From contig OZ024744.1 in the NCBI GenBank assembly GCA_964016885.1, positions 13,082,001 through 13,146,000 on the forward strand: a stretch of DNA of 64,000 nt, given 5' to 3'. Below are positions 11,521 to 26,000 of the stretch, in pieces (within the stretch, counting starts at the first letter, position 1; every line of letters starts with the position of its first letter). Origin of the DNA: Eledone cirrhosa (lineage: Eukaryota). The position numbers and the translations under genes were made by a program. The notes beneath the pieces were generated by a model that ran no database searches, was not told the DNA's origin, and saw nothing but the letters and a program-made list of their open reading frames with translations.

Positions 11521-14500
11521 TCACTCCAGTTAAAGCTACTCTCTAAATTGAGAGATCACAACTCCCATACTATGGACATGTGGTTAGAATGTCTCAGTAG
11601 ATCAGAGAGTCACTCCAGTTAAAGCTACTCTCTAAATTGAGAGATCACAACTCCAATACTATGGACATGTGGTTAGAATGTCTCAGTAGATCAGAGAGTC
11701 ACTCCAGTTAAAGCTACTCTCTAAATTTAGAGATAACAACTCCAATACTATGGACATGGGGTTTGAATGTCTCAGTAGATCAGTGTGTCACTCCAGTTAA
11801 AGCTACTCTCTAAATTGAGAGATCACAACTCCCATACTATGGTCATGGGGTTGGAATGTCTCAGTAGATCAGATAGTCACTCCAGTTAAATCTACTCGCT
11901 AAATTGAGAGATCACAACTCCAATACTATGGACATGTGGTTAGAATGTCTCAGTAGATCACAGTGTCACTCCAGCTAAAGCTACTCTCTAAATTGAGAGA
12001 TCACAACTCCCATACTATGGACATGTGGTTAGAATGTCTCAGAAGAACAGAGAGTCACTCCAGTTAAAGCTACTCTCTATATTGAGAGATCACAACACCC
12101 ATACTATGGACATGTGGTTAGAATGTCTCAGTTTGATCAGAGAGTCACTCCGGTTAAAGCTACTCTCTAAATTGAGAGATCACAACTTCCATACTATGGA
12201 CATGGGGTTTGAATGTCTCAGTAGATCAGAGAGTCACTCCAGTTAAAGCTACTCTCTAAATTGAGAGATCACAACTCCCATACTATGGACATGTGGTTAG
12301 AATGTCTCAGTAGATCAGAGAGTCACTCCAGTTAAAGCCACTCTCTAAATTGAGAGATGACAACACCCATACTCTGGACGTGTGGTTAGAATGTCTCAGT
12401 AGATCAGAGATCACTCCAGTTAAAACCACTCTCTAAATTGAGAGATTACGAATCCAATACTATGGACATGTGGTTAGAATGTCTCAGTAGATAAGAGAGT
12501 CACTCCAGTTAAAGCCACTCTCTAAATTGAGAGATTACGAATCCAATACTATGGACATGTGGTTTGAATGTCTCAGTAGATCAGAGAGTCAATCCGGTTA
12601 AAGCTACTCTCTAAATTGACAGATCACAACACCCATACTATGGACATGAGGTTAGAATGTCTCAGTAGATCAGAGAGTCACTCCAGTTAAAGCTACTCTC
12701 TATATTGAGAGATCACAACACCCATACTATGGACATGTGGTTAGAATGTCTCAGTTTGATCAGAGAGTCACTCCAGTTAAAGCTACTCTCGAAATTGAGA
12801 CATCACATCTCCAATACTATGGACATGTGGTTAAAATGTCTCAGTAGATCAGAGTGTCACTCCAGTTAAAGCTACTCTCTAAATTGAGAGATCACAACTC
12901 CAGTACTATGGACATGGTGTTTGAACGTCTCAGTAGATCAGAGAGTCACTCCAGTTAAAGCTACATTCTAAATTGAGAGATCACAACTCCAATACTATGG
13001 ACATATGGTTAAAATGTCTCAGTAGATCAGAGTGTCACTCCAGTTAAAGCTACTCTCTAAATTGAGAGATCACAACTCCAATACTATGGACATGGGGTTT
13101 GAATGTCTCAGTAGATCAGAGAGTCACTCCAGTTGAAGCTACTCCTCTCTAAATATAGAGCTCAGAATTCCAATACTATGGACATGTGGTTAGAATATCT
13201 CAGTAGATCAGAGAGTCACTCCAGTTAAAGCTACTCTCTAAATTGAGAGATCACAACTCCCATAATATGGACATGGTGTTTGAATGTCTCAGTAGATCAG
13301 AGAGTCACTCCAGTTAAAGCTACTCTCTAAATTGAGAGATCACAACTCCAATACTATGGACATGGGGTTTGAATGTCTCAGTAGATCAGAGTGTCACTCC
13401 AGTTAAAGCTACTCTCTAAATTGAGAGATCACAACTCCAATACTATGGACATGGGGTTTGAATGTCTCAGTATATTACAGAGTCACTCCAGTTAAAGCCA
13501 CTCTCTAAATTGAGAGATCACAACTCCAATACTATGGACATGGGGTTAGAATGTCTCAGTAGATCAGAGTGTCACTCCAGTTAAAGCCACTCTCTAAATT
13601 GAGAGATCACAACTTCCATACTATGGACATGGGGTTTGAATGTCTCAGTAGATCAGAGAGTCACTCCAGTTGAAGCTACTCTCTAAATTGAGAGATCACA
13701 ACTCCAATACTATGGACATGGGGTTTGAATGTCTCAGTAGAACAGAGTGTCACTCCAGTTAAAGCTACTCTCTAAATTGAGAGATCACAACTCCAATACT
13801 ATGGACATGGGGTTTGAATGTCTCAGTAGATCAGAGAGTCACTCCAGTTAAAGCCACTCTCTGAATTGAGAGATCACAACTCCAATACTATGGTCATGTG
13901 GTTAGAATGTCTCAGTAGATCAGAGAGTCACTCCAGTTAAAGCCACTCTCTAAATTGAGAGATCACAACTCCAATACTATGGACATGGGGTTTGAATGTC
14001 TCAGTAGATCAGAGTGTCACTCCAGTTAAAGTTACTCTCTAAATTGAGAGATCACAACTCCAATACTATGGACATGGGGTTTGAATGTCTCAGTAGATCA
14101 GAGAGTCACTCCAGTTAAAGCCACTCTCTAAATTGAGAGATCACAACTCCAATACTATGGTCATGTGGTTAGAATGTCTCAGTAGATCAGAGAGTCACTC
14201 CAGTTAAAGCTACTCTCTAAATTGAGAGATCACAACTCCAATACTATGGACATGGGTTTTGAAAGTCTCAGTAGATCAGAGTGTCACTCCAGTTAAAGCT
14301 ACTCTCTAAATTGAGAGATTACGAATCCAATACTATGGACATGTGGTTTGAATGTCTCAGTTGATCAGAGAGTCACTCCGGTTAAAGCTACTCTCTAAAT
14401 TGAGAGATCACAACTCCCATACTATGGACATGAGGTTAGAATGTCTCAGTAGATCAGAGAGTCATTCCAGTTAAAGCCACTCTCTAAATTGAGAGATCAC

Positions 14501-17500
14501 ATCTCCCATACTATGGACGTGTGGTTAGAATGTCTCAGTAGATCAGAGAATCACTCCAGTTAGAGCTACTCTCTAAATTGAGAGATCACAACTCCCTAAC
14601 TATGGACATGTGGTTAGAATGTCTCAGTAGATCAGAGAGTCACTCCAGTTAAAGCCACTCTCTAAATTGAGAGATGACAACACCCATACTCTGGACGTGT
14701 GGTTAGAATGTCTCAGTAGATCAGAGATCACTCCAGTTAAAACCACTCTCTAAATTGAGAGATTACAACTCCTATACTATGGACATGTAGTTAGAATGTC
14801 TCAGTAGATCAGAGAGTCACTCCAGTTAAAGCTACTCTCTAAATTGAGAGATCACAACTCCCATACTATGGACATGTGGTCAGAATGTCTCAATAGATCA
14901 GAGAGTCACTCCAGTTAAAGCCACTCTCTAAATTGAGAGATCACAACTCCCATACTATGGACATGTGGTTAGAATGTCTCAGTAGATCAGAAAGTCACTC
15001 CAGTTAAAGCTACACTCTAAATTGAGAGATCACAACTCCTATACTATGGACATGGGGTTAGAATGTCTCAGTAGATCAGATTGTCACTCTAGTTAAAGCC
15101 ACTCTCTAAATTGAGAGATAACAACTCCCATACTATGGACATGTGGTTAGAATGTCTCAGTAGATCAGAGATTCACTCCAGTTAAAGCTACTCTCTAAAT
15201 TGAGAGATCACAACTCCCATACTATGGACATGTGGTTAGAATGTCTCAGTAGATCAGAGAGTCACTCCAGTTAAAGCTACTCTCTAAATTGAGAGATCAC
15301 AACTCCAATACTATGGACATGTGGTTAGAATGTCTCAGTAGATCAGAGAGTCACTCCAGTTAAAGCTACTCTCTAAATTTAGAGATAACAACTCCAATAC
15401 TATGGACATGGGGTTTGAATGTCTCAGTAGATCAGTGTGTCACTCCAGTTAAAGCTACTCTCTAAATTGAGAGATCACAACTCCCATACTATGGTCATGG
15501 GGTTGGAATGTCTCAGTAGATCAGATAGTCACTCCATTTAAATCTAATCGCTAAATTGAGAGATCACAACTCCAATACTATGGACATGTGGTTAGAATGT
15601 CTCAGTAGATCACAGTGTCACTCCAGCTAAAGCTACTCTCTAAATTGAGAGATCACAACTCCCATACTATGGACATGTGGTTAGAATGTCTCAGAAGAAC
15701 AGAGAGTCACTCCAGTTAAAGCTACTCTCTATATTGAGAGATCACAACACCCATACTATGGACATGTGGTTAGAATGTCTCAGTTTGATCAGAGAGTCAC
15801 TCCGGTTAAAGCTACTCTCTAAATTGAGAGATCACAACTTCCATACTATGGACATGGGGTTTGAATGTCTCAGTAGATCAGAGAGTCACTCCAGTTAAAG
15901 CTACTCTCTAAATTGAGAGATCACAACTCCCATACTATGGACATGTGGTTAGAATGTCTCAGTAGATCAGAGAGTCACTCCAGTTAAAGCCACTCTCTAA
16001 ATTGAGAGATGACAACACCCATACTCTGGACGTGTGGTTAGAATGTCTCAGTAGATCAGAGATCACTCCAGTTAAAACCACTCTCTAAATTGAGAGATTA
16101 CGAATCCAATACTATGGACATGTGGTTAGAATGTCTCAGTAGATAAGAGAGTCACTCCAGTTAAAGCCACTCTCTAAATTGAGAGATTACGAATCCAATA
16201 CTATGGACATGTGGTTTGAATGTCTCAGTAGATCAGAGAGTCAATCCGGTTAAAGCTACTCTCTAAATTGACAGATCACAACACCCATACTATGGACATG
16301 AGGTTAGAATGTCTCAGTAGATCAGAGAGTCACTCCAGTTAAAGCTACTCTCTATATTGAGAGATCACAACACCCATACTATGGACATGTGGTTAGAATG
16401 TCTCAGTTTGATCAGAGAGTCACTCCAGTTAAAGCTACTCTCGAAATTGAGACATCACATCTCCAATACTATGGACATGTGGTTAAAATGTCTCAGTAGA
16501 TCAGAGTGTCACTCCAGTTAAAGCTACTCTCTAAATTGAGAGATCACAACTCCAGTACTATGGACATGGTGTTTGAACGTCTCAGTAGATCAGAGAGTCA
16601 CTCCAGTTAAAGCTACATTCTAAATTGAGAGATCACAACTCCAATACTATGGACATATGGTTAAAATGTCTCAGTAGATCAGAGTGTCACTCCAGTTAAA
16701 GCTACTCTCTAAATTGAGAGATCACAACTCCAATACTATGGACATGGGGTTTGAATGTCTCAGTAGATCAGAGAGTCACTCCAGTTGAAGCTACTCCTCT
16801 CTAAATATAGAGCTCAGAATTCCAATACTATGGACATGTGGTTAGAATGTCTCAGTAGATCAGAGAGTCACTCCAGTTAAAGCTACTCTCTAAATTGAGA
16901 GATCACAACTCCCATAATATGGACATGGTGTTTGAATGTCTCAGTAGATCAGAGAGTCACTCCAGTTAAAGCTACTCTCTAAATTGAGAGATCACAACTC
17001 CAATACTATGGACATGGGGTTTGAATGTCTCAGTAGATCAGAGTGTCACTCCAGTTAAAGCTACTCTCTAAATTGAGAGATCACAACTCCAATACTATGG
17101 ACATGGGGTTTGAATGTCTCAGTATATTACAGAGTCACTCCAGTTAAAGCCACTCTCTAAATTGAGAGATCACAACTCCAATACTATGGACATGGGGTTA
17201 GAATGTCTCAGTAGATCAGAGTGTCACTCCAGTTAAAGCCACTCTCTAAATTGAGAGATCACAACTTCCATACTATGGACATGGGGTTTGAATGTCTCAG
17301 TAGATCAGAGAGTCACTCCAGTTGAAGCTACTCTCTAAATTGAGAGATCACAACTCCAATACTATGGACATGGGGTTTGAATGTCTCAGTAGAACAGAGT
17401 GTCACTCCAGTTAAAGCTACTCTCTAAATTGAGAGATCACAACTCCAATACTATGGACATGGGGTTTGAATGTCTCAGTAGATCAGAGAGTCACTCCAGT

Positions 17501-18868
17501 TAAAGCCACTCTCTGAATTGAGAGATCACAACTCCAATACTATGGTCATGTGGTTAGAATGTCTCAGTAGATCAGAGAGTCACTCCAGTTAAAGCCACTC
17601 TCTAAATTGAGAGATCACAACTCCAATACTATGGACATGGGGTTTGAATGTCTCAGTAGATCAGAGTGTCACTCCAGTTAAAGTTACTCTCTAAATTGAG
17701 AGATCACAACTCCAATACTATGGACATGGGGTTTGAATGTCTCAGTAGATCAGAGAGTCACTCCAGTTAAAGCCACTCTCTAAATTGAGAGATCACAACT
17801 CCAATACTATGGTCATGTGGTTAGAATGTCTCAGTAGATCAGAGAGTCACTCCAGTTAAAGCTACTCTCTAAATTGAGAGATCACAACTCCAATACTATG
17901 GACATGGGTTTTGAAAGTCTCAGTAGATCAGAGTGTCACTCCAGTTAAAGCTACTCTCTAAATTGAGAGATTACGAATCCAATACTATGGACATGTGGTT
18001 TGAATGTCTCAGTTGATCAGAGAGTCACTCCGGTTAAAGCTACTCTCTAAATTGAGAGATCACAACTCCCATACTATGGACATGAGGTTAGAATGTCTCA
18101 GTAGATCAGAGAGTCATTCCAGTTAAAGCCACTCTCTAAATTGAGAGATCACATCTCCCATACTATGGACGTGTGGTTAGAATGTCTCAGTAGATCAGAG
18201 AATCACTCCAGTTAGAGCTACTCTCTAAATTGAGAGATCACAACTCCCTAACTATGGACATGTGGTTAGAATGTCTCAGTAGATCAGAGAGTCACTCCAG
18301 TTAAAGCCACTCTCTAAATTGAGAGATGACAACACCCATACTCTGGACGTGTGGTTAGAATGTCTCAGTAGATCAGAGATCACTCCAGTTAAAACCACTC
18401 TCTAAATTGAGAGATTACATCTCCTATACTATGGACATGTAGTTAGAATGTCTCAGTAGATCAGAGAGTCACTCCAGTTAAAGCTACTCTCTAAATTGAG
18501 AGATCACAACTCCCATACTATGGACATGTGGTCAGAATGTCTCAGTAGATCAGAGAGTCACTCCAGTTAAAGCCACTCTCTAAATTGAGAGATCACAACT
18601 CCCATACTATGGACATGTGGTTAGAATGTCTCAGTAGATCAGAAAGTCACTCCAGTTAAAGCTACACTCTAAATTGAGAGATCACAACTCCTATACTATG
18701 GACATGGGGTTAGAATGTCTCAGTAGATCAGATTGTCACTCTAGTTAAAGCCACTCTCTAAATTGAGAGATAACAACTCCCATACTATGGACATGTGGTT
18801 AGAATGTCTCAGTAGATCAGAGATTCACTCCAGTTAAAGCTACTCTCTAAATTGAGAGATCACAACTC
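11521..18868. repeat. Near-identical tandem duplication of a 41-monomer unit (3652 bp)
   Basis: Offset 3652 for AAATTTAGAG (11723/15375), GAATTC (13165/16817), ATTCACTC (15171/18823) and the two identical ORFs (12025/15677). About 5 substitutions between copies were spotted by eye. Confidence 0.93.
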
Positions 18869-20599
18869 CAATACTATGGACATGGGGTTTGAATGTCTCG
18901 GTAGATCAGAGAGTCACTCCAGTTAAAGCTACTCTCTAAATTGAGAGATCACAACTCCCATACTATGGACATGTGGTTAGAATGTCTCATTAGATCAGAG
19001 AGTCACTCCAGTTAAATCCACTCTCTAAATTTTGAGATCACAACTCCCAGACTATGGACATGTGGTTAGAATGTCTCAGTAGATCAGAGAGTCACTCCAG
19101 TTAAAGCTACTCTCTAAATTGAGAGATCACAACTCCCATACTATGAACATGTGGTTAGAATGTCTCAGTAGATCAGAGAGTCACTCCAGTTAAAGCCACT
19201 CTCTAAATTGAGAGATCACAACTCCCATACTATGGACATGTGGTTAGAATGTCTCAGTAGATCAGAAAGTCACTCCAGTTAAAACTACACTCTAAATTGA
19301 GAGATCACAACTCCTATACTATGGACATGGGTTTAGAATGTCTCAGTAGATCAGAGTGTCACTCTAGTTAAAGCCACTCTCTAAATTGAGAGATCACAAC
19401 TCCAATACTATGGACATGGGGTTTGAATGTCTCATTAGATCAGAGAGTCACTCCAGTTAAAGCTACTCTCTAAATTGAGAGATCACAACTCCAATACTAT
19501 GGACATGGGGTTTGAAAGTCTCAGTAGATCAGAGTGTCACTCCAGTTAAAGCTACTCTCTAAATTGAGAGATTACTAATCCAATACTATGGACATGTGGT
19601 TTGAATGTCTCAGTAGATCAGAGAGTCACTCCGGTTAAAGCTACTCTCTAAATTGAGAGATCACAACTCCTATAATATGGACATGTAGTTAGAACGTCTC
19701 AGTAGATCAGAGAGTCACTCCTGTTAAAGCTACTCTCTAAATTGAGAGATCACAACTCCCATACTATGGACATGTGGTTAGAATGTCTCATTAGATCAGA
19801 GAGTCACTCCAGTTAAATCCACTCTCTAAATTGAGAGATCACAACTCCCATACTATGGACATGTGGTTAGAATGTCTCAGTAGATCAGAGAGTCACTCCA
19901 GTTAAAGCTACTCTCTAAATTGAGAGATCATAACTCCCATACTATGGACATGGGGTTAGAACGTCTCAGTAGATCAGAGAGTCACTCCAGTTAAAGCCAC
20001 TCTCTAAATTGAGAGATCACAACTCCCATACTATGGACATGTGGTTAGAATGTCTCAGTAGATCAGAAAGTCACTCCAGTTAAAGCTACACTCTAAATTG
20101 AGAGATCACAACTCCTATACTATGGACATGGGGTTAGAATGTCTCAGTAGATCAGAGTGTCACTCTAGTTAAAGCCACTCTCTAAATTGAGAGATAACAA
20201 CTCCCATACTATGGACATGTGGTTAGAATGTCTCAGTAGATCAGAGAGTCACTCCAGTTAAAGCTACTCTCTAAATTGAGAGATCACAACTCCAATACTA
20301 TGGACATGGGGTTTGAATGTCTCAGTAGATCAGAGTTTCACTCCAGTTAAAGCTACTCTCTAAATTGAGAGATCACAACTCCAATACTATGGACATGGGG
20401 TTAGAATGTCTCAGTAGATTAGAGAGTCACTCCAGTTAAAGCCACTCTCTAAATTGAGAGATCACAACTCCAATACTATGGACATGTGGTTAGAATGTCT
20501 CAGTAGATCAGAGTGTCACTCCAGTTAAAGCCACTCTCTAAATTGAGAGATCACAACTTCCATACTATGGACATGTGTTTAGAATGTCTCAGTAGATCA

Positions 20600-22170
20600 G
20601 AGAGTCACTCCAGTTAAAGCCACTCTCTAAATTGAGTGATCACAACTCCCATACTATGGACATGTGGGTAGAATGTCTCAGTAGATAAGAGAGTCACTCC
20701 AGTTAAAGCTACTCTCTAAATTGAGAGATCACAACTCCCATACTATGGACATGGGGTTTGAATGTCTCAGTAGATCAGAGAGTCACTCCAGTTAAAGCCA
20801 CTATCTAAATTGAGAGATCACAACTTCCATACTATGGACATGTCGTTAGAATGTCTCAGTAGATCAGAGAGTCACTCCAGTTAAAGCCACTATCTAAATT
20901 GAGAGATCACAACTCCAATACTATCGTCATGTGGTTAGAATGTCTAAGTAGATCAGAGAGTCACTCCAGTTAAACCCACTCTCTAAATTCAGAGATCACA
21001 ACTCTAACACTATGGACATGGGGTTTGAATGTCTCAGTAGATCAGAGTGTCACTCCAGTTAAAGCCACTCTCTAAATTGAGAGATCACAACTTCCATACT
21101 ATGGACATGTGGTTAGAATGTCTCAGTAGATCAGAGAGTCACTCCAGTTAAAGCCACTCTCTAAATTGAGAGATCACAACTCCCATACTAAGGATATGTG
21201 GGTAGAATGTCTCAGTAGATAAGAGAGTCACTCCAGTTAAAGCCACTAATTCTCTAAATTGAGAGATCACAACTCCAATACTATGGACATTTGGTTAGAA
21301 CGTCTCAGTAGATCAGAGTGTCACTCCAGTTAAAGCCACTCTCTAAATTGAGAGATCACAACTCCCATACTATGGACATGTGGTTAGAATGTCTCAGTAG
21401 ATCAGAAAGTCACTCCAGTTAAAGCTACACTCTAAATTGAGAGATCACAACTCCAATACTATGGACGTTTGGTTAGAATGTCTCAGTAGATCAGAGTGTC
21501 ACTCCAGTTAAAGCCACTCTCTAAATTGAGTGATCACAACTCCCATACTATGGACATGTGGGTAGAATGTCTCAGTAGATAAGAGAGTCACTCCAGTTAA
21601 AGCTACTCTCTAAATTGAGAGATCACAACTCCCATACTATGGACATTTGGTTTGAATGTCTCAGTAGATCAGAGAGTCACTCCAGTTAAAGCCACTATCT
21701 AAATTGAGAGATCACAACTTCCATACTATGGACATGTCGTTAGAATGTCTCAGTAGATCAGAGAGTCACTCCAGTTAAAGCCACTCTCTAAATTGAGAGA
21801 TCACAACTCCAATACTATGGTCATGTGGTTAGAATGTCTCAGTAGATCAGAGAGTCACTCCAGTTAAACCCACTCTCTAAATTGAGAGATCACAACTCTA
21901 ACACTATGGACATGGGGTTTGAATGTCTCAGTAGATCAGAGTGTCACTCCAGTCAAAGCCACTCTCTAAATTGAGAGATCACAACTTCCATACTATGGAC
22001 ATGTGGTTAGAATGTCTCAGTAGATCAGAGAGTCACTCCAGTTAAAGCCACTCTCTAAATTGAGAGATCACAACTCCCATACTAAGGATATGTGGGTAGA
22101 ATGTCTCAGTAGATAAGAGAGTCACTCCAGTTAAAGCCACTAATTCTCTAAATTGAGAGATCACAACTCC
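20600..22170. repeat. 10-monomer duplication (894 bp offset)
   Basis: GTGATCAC at 20636/21530 and TACTAAGGATATGTGGGTAG at 21186/22080. 894 = 10 x 89 + 4 (TAAT insertion). The copies carry several differences. Confidence 0.82.
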
Positions 22171-23039
22171 CATACTATGGACATGTGGTTAGAATGTCTC
22201 AGTAGATCAGAGATCACTCCAGTTAAAGCCACTCTCTAAATTGAGAGATCACAACTCCAATACTATGGACATGTGGTTAGAATGTCTCAGTAGATCACAG
22301 TGTCACTCCAGTTAAAGCCACTCTCTAAATTGAGAGATCACAGCTTCCATACTATGGACATGTGGTTTAAATGTCTCGGTAGATCAGAGAGTCACTCCAG
22401 TTAAAGCTACTCTCTAAATTGAGAGATCACAACTCCCATACTATGGACATGGGTTTGAATGTCTCAGTAGATCAGAGAGTCACTCCACTTAAAGCTACTC
22501 TCTAAATTGAGAGATCACAACTCCCATACTATGGACATGGGGTTTGAATGTCTCAGTAGATCAGAGAGTCACTCCAGTTAAAGCCACTCTCTAAATTGAG
22601 AGATCACAACTTCCATACTATGGACATGTCGTTAGAATGTCTCAGTAGATCAGAGAGTCACTCCAGTTAAAGCCACTCTCTAAATTGAGAGATCACATCT
22701 CCAATACTATGGTCATGTGGTTAGAATGTCTCAGTAGATCAGAGAGTCACTCCAGTTAAACCCACTCTCTAAATTCAGAGATCACAACTCCAACACTATG
22801 GACATGGGGTTTGAATGTCTCAGTAGATCAGAGTGTCACTCCAGTTAAAGTTACTCTCTAAATTGAGAGATCACAACTCCAATAATATGGACATGGGGTT
22901 TGAATGTCTCAGTAGATCAGAGAGTCACTCCAGTTAAAGCTAATCTCTAAATTGAGAGATCACAACTCCAATACTATGGACATGTGGTTAAAATGTCTCA
23001 GTAGATCAGAGAGTCATTCCAGTTAAAGCCACTCTCTAA

Positions 23040-26000
23040 ATTGAGAGATCACAACTCCCGTACGATGGACGTGTGGTTAGAATGTCTCAGTAGATCCGAG
23101 AAGCACTCCAGTTAAAGCTACTCTCTAAATTGAGAGATCACATCTCCCATACTATGGACATGTGGTTAGAATGTCTCAGTAGATCAGGGAGTCATTCTTG
23201 TTAAAGCTACTCTCTAAATTGAGAGATCACAACTCCCATACTATGGACATGTGGTTACAATCTCTCAGTAGATCAGAGAGTCATTCCAGTTAAAGTAACT
23301 CTCTGAATTGAGAGATCACAACTCCCATACTATGGACGTGTGGTTAGAATGTCTCAGTAGATCAGAGAATAACTCCAGTTAAAGCTACTCTCTAAATTGA
23401 GAGATCACAACTCCCATACTATGGAAATGTGGTTAGAATGTCTCAGTAGATCAGAGAGTCACTCCAGTTAAAGCCACTCTCTAAATTGAGAGATCACAAC
23501 TCCAATACTAGGGAAATGTGTTTAGAATGTCTCAGTAGATCAGAAAGTCACTCCAGTTAAAGCTACACTCTAAATTGAGAGATCACAACTCCTATACTAT
23601 GGACATGGGGTTAGAATGTCTCAGTAGATCAGTGTCACTCCAGTTAAAGCCACTCTCTAAATTGAGGGATCACAACTCCCATACTATGGACATGTTGTTA
23701 GAATGTCTCAGTAGATCAGAGAGTCACTCCAGTTAAAGCCACTCTCTAAATTGAGAGATCACAACTCCAATACTATGGACATGGGTTTTGAAAGTCTCAG
23801 TAGATTAGAGTGTCACTCCAGTTAAAGCGACTAATTCTCTAAATTGAGAGATCACAACTCCCATACTATGGACATGTGGTTAGAATGTCTCAGTAGATCA
23901 GAGAGTCACTCCAGTTAAAGCCAATCTCTAAATTGAGAGATCACAACTCCCATACTATGGACATGTGTCTAGAATGTCTCAGTAGATCAGAAAGTCACTC
24001 CAGCTAAAGCTACACTCTAAATTGAGAGATCACAACTCCTATACTATGGACATAGGGTTAGAATGTCTCAGTAGATCAGAGAGTCGCTCAAGTTAAAGCC
24101 ACTCTCTAAATTGAGAGATCACAACTCCAATACTATGGACATGTGGTTAGAATGTCTCAGTAGATCAGAGAGTAACTTCAGTTAAAGCTACTCGCTAAAT
24201 TGAGAGATCACAACTCCAATACTATGGACATGTGGTTAGAATCTTTAAGTAGATCAGAGAGTCATTCCAGTTAAAGCCACTCTCTAAATTGAGAGATCAC
24301 AACTCCCATACTATGGACGTGTGGTTAGAATGTCTCAGTAGATCAGAGAGTCACTTCAGTTAAAGCTACTCTCTAAATTGAGAGATCACAACTCCCATAC
24401 TATGGACATGGGGTTTGAATGTCTCAGTAGTTCAGAGAGTCACTCCAGTTAAAGCCACTCTCTAAATTGAGAGATCACAACTTCCATACTATGGACATGT
24501 CGTTAGAATGTCTCAGTAGATCAGAGAGTCACTCCAGTTAAAGCCACTCTCTAAATTGAGAGATCACAACTCCAATAATATTGACATGGGGTTTGAAAGT
24601 CTCAGTAGATTAGAGTGTCACTCCAGTTAAAGCGACTAATTCTCTAAATTGAGAGATCACAACTCCCGTACGATGGACGTGTGGTTAGAATGTCTCAGTA
24701 GATCCGAGAAGCACTCCAGTTAAAGCTACTCTCTAAATTGAGAGATCACATCTCCCATACTATGGACATGTGGTTAGAATGTCTCAGTAGATCAGGGAGT
24801 CATTCTTGTTAAAGCTACTCTCTAAATTGAGAGATCACAACTCCCATACTATGGACATGTGGTTACAATCTCTCAGTAGATCAGAGAGTCATTCCAGTTA
24901 AAGTAACTCTCTGAATTGAGAGATCACAACTCCCATACTATGGACGTGTGGTTAGAATGTCTCAGTAGATCAGAGAATCACTCCAGTTAAAGCTACTCTC
25001 TAAATTGAGAGATCACAACTCCCATACTATGGAAATGTGGTTAGAATGTCTCAATAGATCAGAGAGTCACTCCAGTTAAAGCCACTCTCTAAATTGAGAA
25101 ATCACAACTCCAATACCAGGGAAATGTGTTTAGAATGTCTCAGTAGATCAGAAAGTCACTCCAGTTAAAGCTACACTCTAAATTGAGAGATCACAACTCC
25201 TATACTATGGACATGGGGTTAGAATGTCTCAGTAGATCAGAGTGTCACTCCAGTTAAAGCCACTCTCTAAATTGAGGGATCACAACTCCCATACTATGGA
25301 CATGTTGTTAGAATGTCTCAGTAGATCAGAGAGTCACTCCAGTTAAAGCCACTCTCTAAATTGAGAGATCACAACTCCAATAATATGGACATGGGGTTTG
25401 AAAGTCTCAGTAGATTAGAGTGTCACTCCAGTTAAAGCGACTAATTCTCTAAATTGAGAGATCACAACTCCCATACTATGGACATGTGGTTAGAATGTCT
25501 CAGTAGATCAGAGAGTCACTCCAGTTAAAGCTACACTCTAAATTGAGAGATCACAACTCCTATACTATGGACATGTGTCTAGAATGTCTCAGTAGATCAG
25601 AAAGTTACTCCAGCTAAAGCTACACTCTAAATTGAGAGATCACAACTCCTATACTATGGACATAGGGTTAGAATGTCTCAGTAGATCAGAGAGTCGCTCA
25701 AGTTAAAGCCACTCTCTAAATTGAGAGATCACAACTCCAATACTATGGACATGTGGTTAGAATATCTCAGTAGATCAGAGAGTAACTTCAGTTAAAGCTA
25801 CTCTCTAAATTGAGAGATCACAACTCCAATACTATGGACATGTGGTTAGAATCTTTAAGTAGATCAGAGAGTCATTCCAGTTAAAGCCACTCTCTAAATT
25901 GAGAGATCACAACTCCCATACTATGGACGTGTGGTTAGAATGTCTCAGTAGATCAGAGAGTCACTCCAGTTAAAGCTACTCTCTAAATTGAGAGATCACA

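Noticed and set aside
12025-12246. 73-aa ORF on the + strand
   Set aside because: It lies wholly within satellite monomers and starts at a non-ATG codon. It is open only because variants (CAGAAGAAC and the +1 CAGTTTGATC) remove stops. The 89-bp period is not a multiple of 3, and there is no recognisable domain.
15677-15898. Second identical 73-aa ORF
   Set aside because: It is simply the copy produced by the 3652-bp duplication, so the identity reflects recency rather than coding constraint.
24052-24061. Telomere-like words (TAGGGTTAG, GGGGTTAG, GGGGTTTG)
   Set aside because: They are single-substitution variants of GTGGTTAG, are never tandem, and give one G-run per 89 bp, so they support neither telomeric repeats nor G-quadruplexes.
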